A DNA stretch of 64,000 nt from a virus (Duplodnaviria; Caudoviricetes): positions 96,001-160,000 of the IMG/VR virus record IMGVR_UViG_2902759955_000002; one strand, 5' to 3'. Below are positions 51,568-59,879 of this stretch, in pieces. Every line of letters starts with the position of its first letter. Positions within the stretch are counted from its first letter, which is position 1. A program made the position numbers and the translations under genes. The notes beneath the pieces are model-generated. The model saw only the letters and a program-made list of their open reading frames with translations, made no database searches and was not told the DNA's origin.

Positions 51568-51978
51568 CTAGTTGCTGAGCGTCTCGTAGATCGGCTCAGC
51601 GAGAAAGGCATAGCACTGGTCTTCAGTGACGATCTGCGCGCTCTCCCAGAGATGTCGCGCATCCGAAATGAACTCCGCGGCTTCGTCACCAAAGAGTGCG
51701 ATGTCCGGACCGATACTCACCACGTCCCGCAGCTCATCCACTTCGACACTGACCCGCCGCATGCGCCAAGCGCCAATGCGAATGAGCTCGTCGAGGGGAA
51801 TGCCTTGGCGTTTGAGGTGCAGGCTGATGCGGCGCTTGGCGGCCGCTTCAGTTTTGCTGCGTATGGCGGCGTACCCCGGTCCTTCACGGTCGAGTAACAG
51901 CGCCTGCCAGTACGTTTGTTCGGGGGTGAGTACCTGCTGGACCTGATGCCCTTTGTAAGGGATCGTGCGGATGATCAC
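51568..51978 (-). CDS. hypothetical protein
   Basis: GTG start overlapping the upstream stop (GTGA). Confidence 0.55.
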   Translation of the reverse strand: MIIRTIPYKGHQVQQVLTPEQTYWQALLLDREGPGYAAIRSKTEAAAKRRISLHLKRQGIPLDELIRIGAWRMRRVSVEVDELRDVVSIGPDIALFGDEAAEFISDARHLWESAQIVTEDQCYAFLAEPIYETLSN

Positions 51979-52367
51979 GCAGCCGCTCGCTCTTCGTAGT
52001 AGACGTCCTCGACATCTTCCACGTCGCCAGAAAGATCGATGAACCATGACTTCGGCATGTTCGACCCATCGATCTCTTTCATGCGATGGTTCGCCTTGAA
52101 CTGGCGGCTGCCGATCTCGATCATCGAAACATTGGGCACGTCCTTCTTCCACATGTTCGGGATGAGGCTGTAGGGCATGGAAATGTAAAAGCCCGTGAAC
52201 TCCCCCTCGCGCATGACGCGATAGCGAAGTCGGCCCTCGTAGCGCATATTGGTCAACGGGGGCGTCTTGCGGGGGGCTTTGAGCGGCAGGTCGAGTTTGG
52301 GCGTGCGTGCTACGACCTTGAGCGGTAAACGCATACGCGTCGCGCTCCGAGCACGATTCGGAATCAT
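51975..52367 (-). CDS. hypothetical protein
   Basis: AAGGAGG RBS, 130 aa. Confidence 0.65.
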   Translation of the reverse strand: MIPNRARSATRMRLPLKVVARTPKLDLPLKAPRKTPPLTNMRYEGRLRYRVMREGEFTGFYISMPYSLIPNMWKKDVPNVSMIEIGSRQFKANHRMKEIDGSNMPKSWFIDLSGDVEDVEDVYYEERAAA

Positions 52368-52454
52368 GGAGCCTCCTTGAGGCGAAAAGGGGATGCGGCA
52401 ATATGAGAAACAACCGAGATGCGGGAAACCCGCTGGGATAAGCAGAGTGTTTTC

Positions 52455-52706
52455 TTAGGGCTGATTGATGTAAGCAAGAATGTGGCGCTTGACATCCAGC
52501 ACGTCGGGCTTGGTGTTCCTTGCCTCAACGGTAAAGCGATCGAGTTCCTGGGACTCGCTATAGGGACGGACACGAACAACGACGGTTTTGGAACCACGTT
52601 GCCATTCGAAGTGCGCGCTGCAGTGGGTCGCAAAGTAGAGGGTGTGGATGGCTCCTTGACGAGATTCCCGGGAAACGTTGATGTAATGCATGCGCATGCC
52701 GGCCAT
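52455..52706 (-). CDS. hypothetical protein
   Basis: ATG immediately after the upstream stop; fills the operon gap. Confidence 0.45.
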   Translation of the reverse strand: MAGMRMHYINVSRESRQGAIHTLYFATHCSAHFEWQRGSKTVVVRVRPYSESQELDRFTVEARNTKPDVLDVKRHILAYINQP

Positions 52707-52707
52707 G

Positions 52708-53172
52708 TCACACAACGCGATTGGTGAACATATGCACATTGCGCGAGCCAACGGCCTTGGGCAGCTGGTAGTTGCGCCGGATGCCCCATTGCTTGGTGCT
52801 CGACGGCATCTCCTGCATCAGCTTTTCGTAGTTGGCCAGCAACTCATCCGTGAAGAGGCCCACAGTGGCGTCCTCTCCCCGGTAGACGATCGCTTTGGCT
52901 TCCATCCGTAGGAGCGCGAACTCGGCAAGCTGTCTGAGGCTGTGGCGATGGAGCATGAAGCTACCGATCGCGGGTTCATCCTTGACCCGTGCGTTCCACG
53001 GCCGCGAGACGATGCCTTGTGGCGGAAGGCCGAAGTAATCGAGCAGCAAGGCACACCCTTCCGCGTTCACGTCGCAGAGGATCCGGGTGCTATAGGCGCA
53101 GGCCTCCCCAGTAAGTGCGTTGATGCCGAAGTGTTGCAGGTCCTGCCAGTTGTTGATGTGAATGGAGTCCAT
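52708..53172 (-). CDS. hypothetical protein
   Basis: GINALTGEACAYSTRILCD; first gene after a terminator. Confidence 0.6.
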   Translation of the reverse strand: MDSIHINNWQDLQHFGINALTGEACAYSTRILCDVNAEGCALLLDYFGLPPQGIVSRPWNARVKDEPAIGSFMLHRHSLRQLAEFALLRMEAKAIVYRGEDATVGLFTDELLANYEKLMQEMPSSTKQWGIRRNYQLPKAVGSRNVHMFTNRVV

Positions 53173-53273
53173 AGAGGCGATTGGATGAAAAAAGGAGAAA
53201 CGACATGGCATAAAGCCAGAGAGGACCGAAGTCCTCTCTGGCGCTTGAAAAGAAGGGATGTGGGGACTGCGGA

Positions 53274-53636
53274 TTACGCTGCGACAGGACTGCCGGAGAA
53301 CGTGTAGCTATACGTCTGGACCGTGGAGACATCAGCAACGTAGATGTCGTCGTTCACATTCAGACTCACCGTCACCGCCGCGTCCCAGTGATTCATGTAG
53401 GTAGCCCCGCCCCGATAAAGACTCACCTGCAGCACCCAGGCACCGGCGAGCGTCTGATAGGCCCAGACGGCGAAGTGCACGGTGTCCGAGGGGTAGGCAG
53501 CCTGCACGGTCGTGAGGGCTGCCTGGATCGCTGCATTGAGTGTCGCAGCGTCCGCACTGTTCGCAGTAAGCTGCGGGGTGACTGCATCCTCCACCTGCGA
53601 GAGGTTGCTGAAATTCTGTCTCGTCGATAAATCCAT
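53274..53636 (-). CDS. hypothetical, Lys-free, possibly virion-associated protein
   Basis: AAGGA RBS; composition resembles the outer virion proteins. Confidence 0.6.
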   Translation of the reverse strand: MDLSTRQNFSNLSQVEDAVTPQLTANSADAATLNAAIQAALTTVQAAYPSDTVHFAVWAYQTLAGAWVLQVSLYRGGATYMNHWDAAVTVSLNVNDDIYVADVSTVQTYSYTFSGSPVAA

Positions 53637-53653
53637 AACTTGTCCTTGTCGCG

Positions 53654-54232
53654 TTAGGGCGATCCGAGTGCTGCGCGCACGATGTCGATGGGGTTGCGAT
53701 AGGCGGCCCGGATGCGTATGCCGTTCTTGTCTGCGTGGAGATCCACCGCAAACCGTTTGCTTCTGAGGGCCTGGAGTTCTTTCGCAGCGTCAAGCAGCTT
53801 ATTGAGCGCTGCTTCTTCGGCGGCGTTCGTGCGCCAGTTGCATTCCCGTGCCTTCTGAGCCACAGGTGTTTCGTCTGGCAACGACAGCGTGATGGCGCCG
53901 TCGGCCGACTCGTTCAGTTGCATGGACAACTCACTGACCACCCGGCCGGTGTGGTGATGTGTGCCCGGTAAGACGATTTGGATTTTCACCAGCGCGTGCC
54001 CCGTCTTTGGATCCACGGCGCAACCGAAGGTGTAGCGCGGCGAGAACGCTTTGCCGCCGTTCAGCACAAGCGAGCGTTCGTAAAGCTTGTCGAGCCGCCT
54101 CACGACTTCGTTGACCGTATCCTTGGCCATGTAATCCGCCAATTCACCCCGCAGGAACCAGCTACCTGTCACGGACAGGGCCAGCAGCTTGCCTAACGCA
54201 CGTCGGTCTACAACCAAACTGCTGTTTGCCAT
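53654..54232 (-). CDS. hypothetical protein
   Basis: AGGAG RBS, 192 aa. Confidence 0.65.
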   Translation of the reverse strand: MANSSLVVDRRALGKLLALSVTGSWFLRGELADYMAKDTVNEVVRRLDKLYERSLVLNGGKAFSPRYTFGCAVDPKTGHALVKIQIVLPGTHHHTGRVVSELSMQLNESADGAITLSLPDETPVAQKARECNWRTNAAEEAALNKLLDAAKELQALRSKRFAVDLHADKNGIRIRAAYRNPIDIVRAALGSP

Positions 54233-54366
54233 GATCAGTCTCCTGTCATCGGGTCAATTAGGTTAACGAAAAGAAAGGCCTTCAGGACCGCCCCTCATAC
54301 GAAGAGGGGCGGGAAGAAATTACTGAAGTTCGGGAGTTTTATTTCTGATGGTGGACGTGACGACGC

Positions 54367-54816
54367 CTACCGGAACAGCCTGTTTCTGCGGTCAGAGACG
54401 TAATGCAGCTCTGTGTGAAAGAGCAGCGAGTTCTCGACGATAAATACTGATTCTTGTTGATCAGGCTTCTCGAGCATGGCGCTCGCAGTGAGGACATCGT
54501 GGTTGGGGTCGACCGCGATGATCTGACTACGAAAGCGGATATTGATGGTGCACGAGCGCCCGTTAGGCAGATTCGGAATACGCTCCAGTCCCGTGAAACT
54601 CACGGTAAAGAGTGGGGTGTGCGTATCGATGACCCGGAGTTCTTGTGGATCCCGGATCTGGCTGCGAATCGCCTGTTCAAATTCACCTGCTTTCTCGTAG
54701 CTGCCCCGAAATGCAGGGACCACGAGGTTGCCGATTCCCTTGAGGGAGAAGGTTGTCAGCGCTTGCGCGGTCTCGATCCACGTACCAGGAGGCTGGATGG
54801 GGTTCAAGTCGCGCAT
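54367..54816 (-). CDS. hypothetical protein
   Basis: AAGGA RBS, 149 aa. Confidence 0.6.
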   Translation of the reverse strand: MRDLNPIQPPGTWIETAQALTTFSLKGIGNLVVPAFRGSYEKAGEFEQAIRSQIRDPQELRVIDTHTPLFTVSFTGLERIPNLPNGRSCTINIRFRSQIIAVDPNHDVLTASAMLEKPDQQESVFIVENSLLFHTELHYVSDRRNRLFR

Positions 54817-55050
54817 GGGGTGTTCCTTTCAGTTCGTGTTGTGTTTGTGATGGGTGTGCGTGCTGCGGTCCTACGTCGACGGCCTCGGAGCCGTCGTCCA
54901 GCGTGTCCTGCATTCAATCCTCCGAACGGACATAAAAAAAGAGGAGCCAAAAGGCTCCTCAAAGTCGGGGTCAAACTAAAGCAAGTTGGACGTTTTGACG
55001 GTCCATACTAAGGACTGAGCGCATTAAAATTGCCCAGGTCCACAGTGCGT

Positions 55051-55635
55051 TCAGCGCCAGCGCGGCACCATCGGGGACACATAGCCGCCTGCGGGGAACA
55101 CGCCAGCACCAGCGAGTGCGCCCGCGTATCCAGGCATCGACATCGCATGGACTGTGCTTTCGTCGAGCGCTGCGCCGCTATCGAGCCACTCACGGAACTT
55201 TTCATCGATGCAATATCGAACGACGGTCGGACACTGACTCGCTGAGATCGGCAGATAGATGCCCGGACGGTTGCGCAGGCTCATATAGCCCTTGCTCTCG
55301 AAGAAAGCATCGGCGAACCGGAGCAGATCATCTGCGCCTTCTGCGATCACGTCGCTGGAGAATTCGAAATGCTCGCGCAACAAAGGAGAGATGCCATCAC
55401 CGCAACGCAAGAACTCCGAGGGCTGCACATTGAAGACGCGCGCAACATCCACGAACTGGTCCAAGGTGATCTCGCTCGCGCCTGACTCGAGCTTGCTCCA
55501 CCACGAGGGTGACCTATCGAGTTGCTCAGCGAGAAAGGCCTGCGTGAGACCGCGCTCCAGTCGCACCTCTTTTATCAGGACACGATAGACGGAGGAGACG
55601 TTCGTTTGCAGCTTGGCCTTTGCTTCATTGCTCAT
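55051..55635 (-). CDS. XRE-family HTH protein
   Basis: IKEVRLERGLTQAFLAEQLDRSPSWWSKLESG; AAGGA RBS. Confidence 0.82.
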   Translation of the reverse strand: MSNEAKAKLQTNVSSVYRVLIKEVRLERGLTQAFLAEQLDRSPSWWSKLESGASEITLDQFVDVARVFNVQPSEFLRCGDGISPLLREHFEFSSDVIAEGADDLLRFADAFFESKGYMSLRNRPGIYLPISASQCPTVVRYCIDEKFREWLDSGAALDESTVHAMSMPGYAGALAGAGVFPAGGYVSPMVPRWR

Positions 55636-55807
55636 GGTGTTTTCCTTGTGACTTCGTTGGTGTAGTAAAGACTCGACACACATCTTCAGGAGAGTGATGT
55701 GTGCCTGAGATTGGTTTGGATCAGGTATCGCGTGAATCGGGACGAAAAAAAGCCGACCTCTTTCGAGACCGGCTTTCTACTTCTTCAACTATCTTCCCGT
55801 TACAGCT

Positions 55808-56131
55808 TTACAGAATGGCTTCGAGGCCCTTGCGGTCCAGCAGGTTCAGCAGCTTCGCCGCCGTACCCGTCGGTTTCTTATCGCCGCCTTCCCACGCCCG
55901 AACGCTCGACGCGCTTGCGTTGATTGCATCGGCGAGCACCGCTTGGCTCACATTCAGCTTTTTGCGAAGTGCCTTCACCGCGGCCGCGTCGTATTCCGGC
56001 ACCGGCACGAGACACAGCTCATCGTACTCAGCCATCCGGCGCTTACTGATCACGCCACTCTTGTGCAGGTCACTCGCCAACTCATGCATTTCTGCCGCCA
56101 TGCGACTGCGCGGCTTGGCCTTAACAGTCAT
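55808..56131 (-). CDS. higA: HigA-type HTH antitoxin
   Basis: ALRKKLNVSQAVLA..INAS.SSVRAWEGGDKKP. Confidence 0.85.
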   Translation of the reverse strand: MTVKAKPRSRMAAEMHELASDLHKSGVISKRRMAEYDELCLVPVPEYDAAAVKALRKKLNVSQAVLADAINASASSVRAWEGGDKKPTGTAAKLLNLLDRKGLEAIL

Positions 56132-56498
56132 TGCAAATCTCCTTGAAAGTTCCGTTTTCAATCTCGAGCTCAAGCGCTCTGGTCGTCATGGTCAGCACAT
56201 CCCGGGCTGCTTTCTGAATGATCTTCAGGTCGGCCGAACTGATATTGTCCCGTTCGTTCTTCTCAAACCCAAACATGAAGAACCACCGGGAGCCCCGGTT
56301 GGTGGCCAGCAAGGTGCGGGCGCTCCCACTCTTGCCACGCCCGGGTAATGCGACCCTTTTTTTCACGACGTTGCCGCCTAGGTCGGCGTCAATCAGCCCG
56401 GCGATCATTTCGTCGACTGCCAGACACAGCGCTTCGTCGGTCAGCTCGGTCTTGCGCATCCAGCGCCCAAACGTTCGTGTTTTGAATACCCGTTTCAT
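56121..56498 (-). CDS. higB: RelE/HigB-type toxin
   Basis: FKTRTF.RW...DADLGGNVVKKRVA..GRGKSGSAR...FEKNERDNI; overlaps the antitoxin gene. Confidence 0.88.
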   Translation of the reverse strand: MKRVFKTRTFGRWMRKTELTDEALCLAVDEMIAGLIDADLGGNVVKKRVALPGRGKSGSARTLLATNRGSRWFFMFGFEKNERDNISSADLKIIQKAARDVLTMTTRALELEIENGTFKEICNDC

Positions 56499-56503
56499 CG
56501 TCT

Positions 56504-56534
56504 AAACTATACCACTAAGAAGTATATTTTGCAT
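56504..56534 (-). promoter_or_regulatory. sigma70-like promoter with palindromic TA operator
   Basis: ATGCAA-17 nt-TATAGT; inverted repeat TATAC..GTATA; toxin ATG 7 nt after the -10 box. Confidence 0.55.
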
Positions 56535-56628
56535 TGAGGGGGTCCGGGATGATGTTAGAGGAATCGGTGCGGTTTTTTCTAGACGACATAGGGGCCCGGG
56601 GAGGAACCCCGGGCCTTATGCCGCTTGC

Positions 56629-58164
56629 TTACTTGTTGAACATGTTGCCAACATCGCGACTGAAAGCGCGCAGCGCTCCGACCAGATCGTTCAGCTCTTC
56701 GCGGGTGAACTGGGTGCCCTTGATGGTGTAGCTAGCCTCGACCAGCGTCGCCGTCTTGGGTGCGTTCTCGCGGAATCCTGCATCCACAAGTTCGCGATAC
56801 AGTTGCTTGAGTTCCTCGAAACCGTAGGCGACGCCCCGGATTTCGATCTTTGCCACAAAGAGGGGCACGGGGGCGACTTCGGTCGGCACGACCTTCAGGA
56901 GCGTGCCGGTTGTTGCGGTGGGAGCGGACATGGTGGTTTCTTCTTCCTTGTGTTGGACTTGGTTGAGGGGGAGGTCAGCTTGGGGCTGCGATTCCTGCCG
57001 TGGTTCGTGGACAGTCGCCGGAGCAGCGGCGCTCGCTTTCGATCGCGGCTGCAAATCGTCGGGCATTTCGAGACGCTTCAAACGGTAGGTGTAGACAGGC
57101 TGGTTCCGCTCGTTCACTTCGGTGCGACGCGTTGTGTAGCCTGCCTGGTAGAAGCGCGTCATCGTGCCGGAGATCGATCCGGGCTTGAACCCGAAATCGG
57201 CCAGTAGGATCGTCACTTCGCCCGCGGTGTATTCCTCACCATCCGCCATTAACTTCCAGATCGCGACCATCACGTGATCAGTGCTGGCGATGGGGTCGTA
57301 CTTCGGCTTGGCCGGCTCCTGCGTTAAACCCAGGCGGTCCAGCTCCGACTTGATGGCAGTATCCAGATCGTCGAGCATACGACCGCCGGCATCGGTCGTC
57401 GGGTCGCTGTGGGCATAGTCGAAGCACGCGCTCGGCTCCTCGTTTGCGGTCGTGACCGCCGGCATCGGGATATGCGCCTTCAGCTTGTAGAGCATGTTCC
57501 TGCCGCCGTTGCGCCGATCGAAGAAGCGATTGCTGTGAATGCGCCCATCGAGATGACGAGCGGCCTGCTGGTGATCGAAACCGAACTCCCGTAACAGTGC
57601 GTCCATCTCCTTCGAGGTGCGTTCCTTCCCGTCGCTCATGATCTTCCAGAGCGCGACTGCAACGCCCTCCTCAAGGCGGATCTGCCCTTTGGGATCGGGT
57701 ATGTGCGCGGCCGCGATCTTGAAAGCCTTCGGGTCGGTTTTCTTCCTTGGTTTGATTTTTAGATCGTCGAGGGTGCGACCGCGACGCATGTGGTAGCAGG
57801 GGTTGCCAGCAACCACAGACGTTTCAAACCAACCCTGCGCGTGGAGCACGAGCATGGCGGGTTTGATGGATTCGGCCGAGTCGGCAAAACCACGGTTCAT
57901 CAACTGCTCGCACACTTCGTCTGTGGTGTAGCTCCGGCTATCCATCATCAGCTTGATAATGGCGACTTCAACCGCGTCTTCATCTGTGATGGTGGATGCC
58001 AGATCGTCTGGAACCGTCGTTGGCAGAAGCGCTTTCTTCATTCCGAACTTACCCCTATTACTCTTAGCTCTGTAGAGATTGCGCAGGTCGCGCAGGTGAT
58101 CGCCACGTGTCCCTTGGTCATTCAGCATTGCTAAGCCTCGTTTATTGGTTATAGATAGAGTCAT
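56629..58164 (-). CDS. protein with three winged-helix-like repeats
   Basis: three copies of VA(I/L)xKxMxDxxxxTxxE..L...GF. Confidence 0.7.
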   Translation of the reverse strand: MTLSITNKRGLAMLNDQGTRGDHLRDLRNLYRAKSNRGKFGMKKALLPTTVPDDLASTITDEDAVEVAIIKLMMDSRSYTTDEVCEQLMNRGFADSAESIKPAMLVLHAQGWFETSVVAGNPCYHMRRGRTLDDLKIKPRKKTDPKAFKIAAAHIPDPKGQIRLEEGVAVALWKIMSDGKERTSKEMDALLREFGFDHQQAARHLDGRIHSNRFFDRRNGGRNMLYKLKAHIPMPAVTTANEEPSACFDYAHSDPTTDAGGRMLDDLDTAIKSELDRLGLTQEPAKPKYDPIASTDHVMVAIWKLMADGEEYTAGEVTILLADFGFKPGSISGTMTRFYQAGYTTRRTEVNERNQPVYTYRLKRLEMPDDLQPRSKASAAAPATVHEPRQESQPQADLPLNQVQHKEEETTMSAPTATTGTLLKVVPTEVAPVPLFVAKIEIRGVAYGFEELKQLYRELVDAGFRENAPKTATLVEASYTIKGTQFTREELNDLVGALRAFSRDVGNMFNK

Positions 58165-58185
58165 CCTGGATGGATGCTCACCCAC

Positions 58186-58197
58186 GTTATATAGGTC
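58186..58197 (-). promoter_or_regulatory. putative phage early promoter
   Basis: GACCTATATAAC. Confidence 0.55.
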
Positions 58198-58257
58198 CCA
58201 AATCTTTTTCGATTGCAAATACGCGGCATAAGGGGAGGGCCGAAGCCCTCCCTAATG

Positions 58258-58749
58258 TCACCAGTCGAGATACGAGGGGCGTTGCTTTTCGTCGTCGTCG
58301 AAGTTGAACGACAGGCGCTTGGTCGCAAGCCACAGGTGCAGGTCAATCTGCTCTTGCATGCGGATGCCGGCCGAGATGGTGGATTGCGTCTTCCATTCGG
58401 TCAGGAGCTTGTTGTGGGCGTTGTCGTTCTTCACCCACTCGTCCTGCTCGAGGTTCGTGATCGTGTACAGATAGATCTCGAGCGTTTCCATGTCGCTGCG
58501 CGCAGGAATGCGGTTCTCCGGCACGCTCAGCTCGATCACGTTGCCATGCGCCTTGTAGCGCGTGATACCGCGAACCTTTTCCATCATGGAAGCGAAGGCC
58601 TGACCGATGGCTTCCTGCTTGTCGGTCGTCGCATAGAGCCACTCATTGGACTCGGTCTTGTCCCATCGGACGATCACACCGGAGCGCTTGAAGCCCGGCA
58701 TGAGTTCTTTCTGGTTGTAGCCAGAGCCGTGGTAGAGGATCGGTCTCAT
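58258..58749 (-). CDS. putative ADP-ribosyltransferase-fold protein
   Basis: LYHGS...LMP...WLYATT...A...TEW; ATGA overlap with the upstream gene. Confidence 0.45.
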   Translation of the reverse strand: MRPILYHGSGYNQKELMPGFKRSGVIVRWDKTESNEWLYATTDKQEAIGQAFASMMEKVRGITRYKAHGNVIELSVPENRIPARSDMETLEIYLYTITNLEQDEWVKNDNAHNKLLTEWKTQSTISAGIRMQEQIDLHLWLATKRLSFNFDDDEKQRPSYLDW

Positions 58750-59270
58750 GCGGCACTCGTGCGCTGGGCGAGGTAGTTCTCGATCGTAGCCCGTGCGGCC
58801 TGCGTGAGGGCACTGCCATGTGGCGGGTGAACAAGCCGGCTCAGCATGGTCAGACCCAGGCCCTGTTCGAGCAGATTCGCAGCTTCGATGGCCACGAGAT
58901 CGGTCCGGTCTAACTCCGTGATAACGAGCGTCTCGTTCGTATGGCGATGAACCATCGTGAGCGATCCCTGCGCATCCAGAATCGCCTGCGGCCGCTTGGT
59001 CACGCAGAACAGGTAGGCCAACCATTCGGCGCGCTCGCCGATCAACTGCTGGACCACTTCGCGCTCGCCGAGCCGTACGCCGTCAAACTTGAACGCGTTC
59101 GTGCCGTAGATCGAATGGAAGAGACCCGCCAGCTGCACCTGCTCCGGATAGCCCCATTCAGCCAGCAACTTCTCGGTGCCCAGCAGATGCATGATGAACG
59201 CGCGACCGGTGTGACGCGTCATGCCGGTGCCGCGCTCACGCAGGAAAGAGAGGATGAGTTCGCGGTTCAT
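58746..59270 (-). CDS. DUF6817-like (HD-related) protein
   Basis: HTGRAFIMHLLGT..LL..W...AGLFHSIYGT, R..VQQLIGERAE.L.YLF. Confidence 0.7.
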   Translation of the reverse strand: MNRELILSFLRERGTGMTRHTGRAFIMHLLGTEKLLAEWGYPEQVQLAGLFHSIYGTNAFKFDGVRLGEREVVQQLIGERAEWLAYLFCVTKRPQAILDAQGSLTMVHRHTNETLVITELDRTDLVAIEAANLLEQGLGLTMLSRLVHPPHGSALTQAARATIENYLAQRTSAA

Positions 59271-59872
59271 GCTGCCATTCCTTTCGGAACGACCAACCGA
59301 GGCGCCACCTGCGATTTGAAAACGACACACTGACGCAACTCCGGACACTCGCGTGTCGGCGCGTTCGCTTTGTGCGGGATGTGTCCCGGGAAGCTCACGG
59401 CGCGGAACGGCATCGCCGGGACCGCCTTCAGGATGTCGCGCTCGCCAAAGTCGAAGAACAGCGTCTCGCCGCCCCAGGAACCCTTCCACTGGTCGGCCGC
59501 GTAGATGATCGTCGAGTAGTAGTTTTCCGTGTCCTTGTTGTCGACGTGCACGTAACCTTCGATGCCGTACGTGTGGGCATTGGCATAAACGCGCAGCGGC
59601 TCATGCCCCTGCAGAATGGTCTTGGACAGCAGGTCCCACAGTCGCGCGATAGGGACGGCGTTACGGTTGTTGGCCAGCTCGTCCGCACAACCGGTCCGGT
59701 TGTTGTGGTCGCCACCAGCGAAGTGCGCATGCCAGAACTGGAACCGGTCGTTCTTCGAGTTCGACTTCCAGCCGTACCGCCAGATGTTGCGCTTGAGCAA
59801 GGCAAGGATGGATGCCTTGAGTTCTTCGGGCACGAAGTTATCGTGCACAGCTATGCGTTCGGCCAGCGACAT
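59267..59872 (-). CDS. 2OG-Fe(II) dioxygenase (prolyl-hydroxylase-like)
   Basis: RVYAN, HVD, WGGET, FPGHIPH, R..VVFK. Confidence 0.85.
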   Translation of the reverse strand: MSLAERIAVHDNFVPEELKASILALLKRNIWRYGWKSNSKNDRFQFWHAHFAGGDHNNRTGCADELANNRNAVPIARLWDLLSKTILQGHEPLRVYANAHTYGIEGYVHVDNKDTENYYSTIIYAADQWKGSWGGETLFFDFGERDILKAVPAMPFRAVSFPGHIPHKANAPTRECPELRQCVVFKSQVAPRLVVPKGMAA

Positions 59873-59879
59873 TTGTTTG

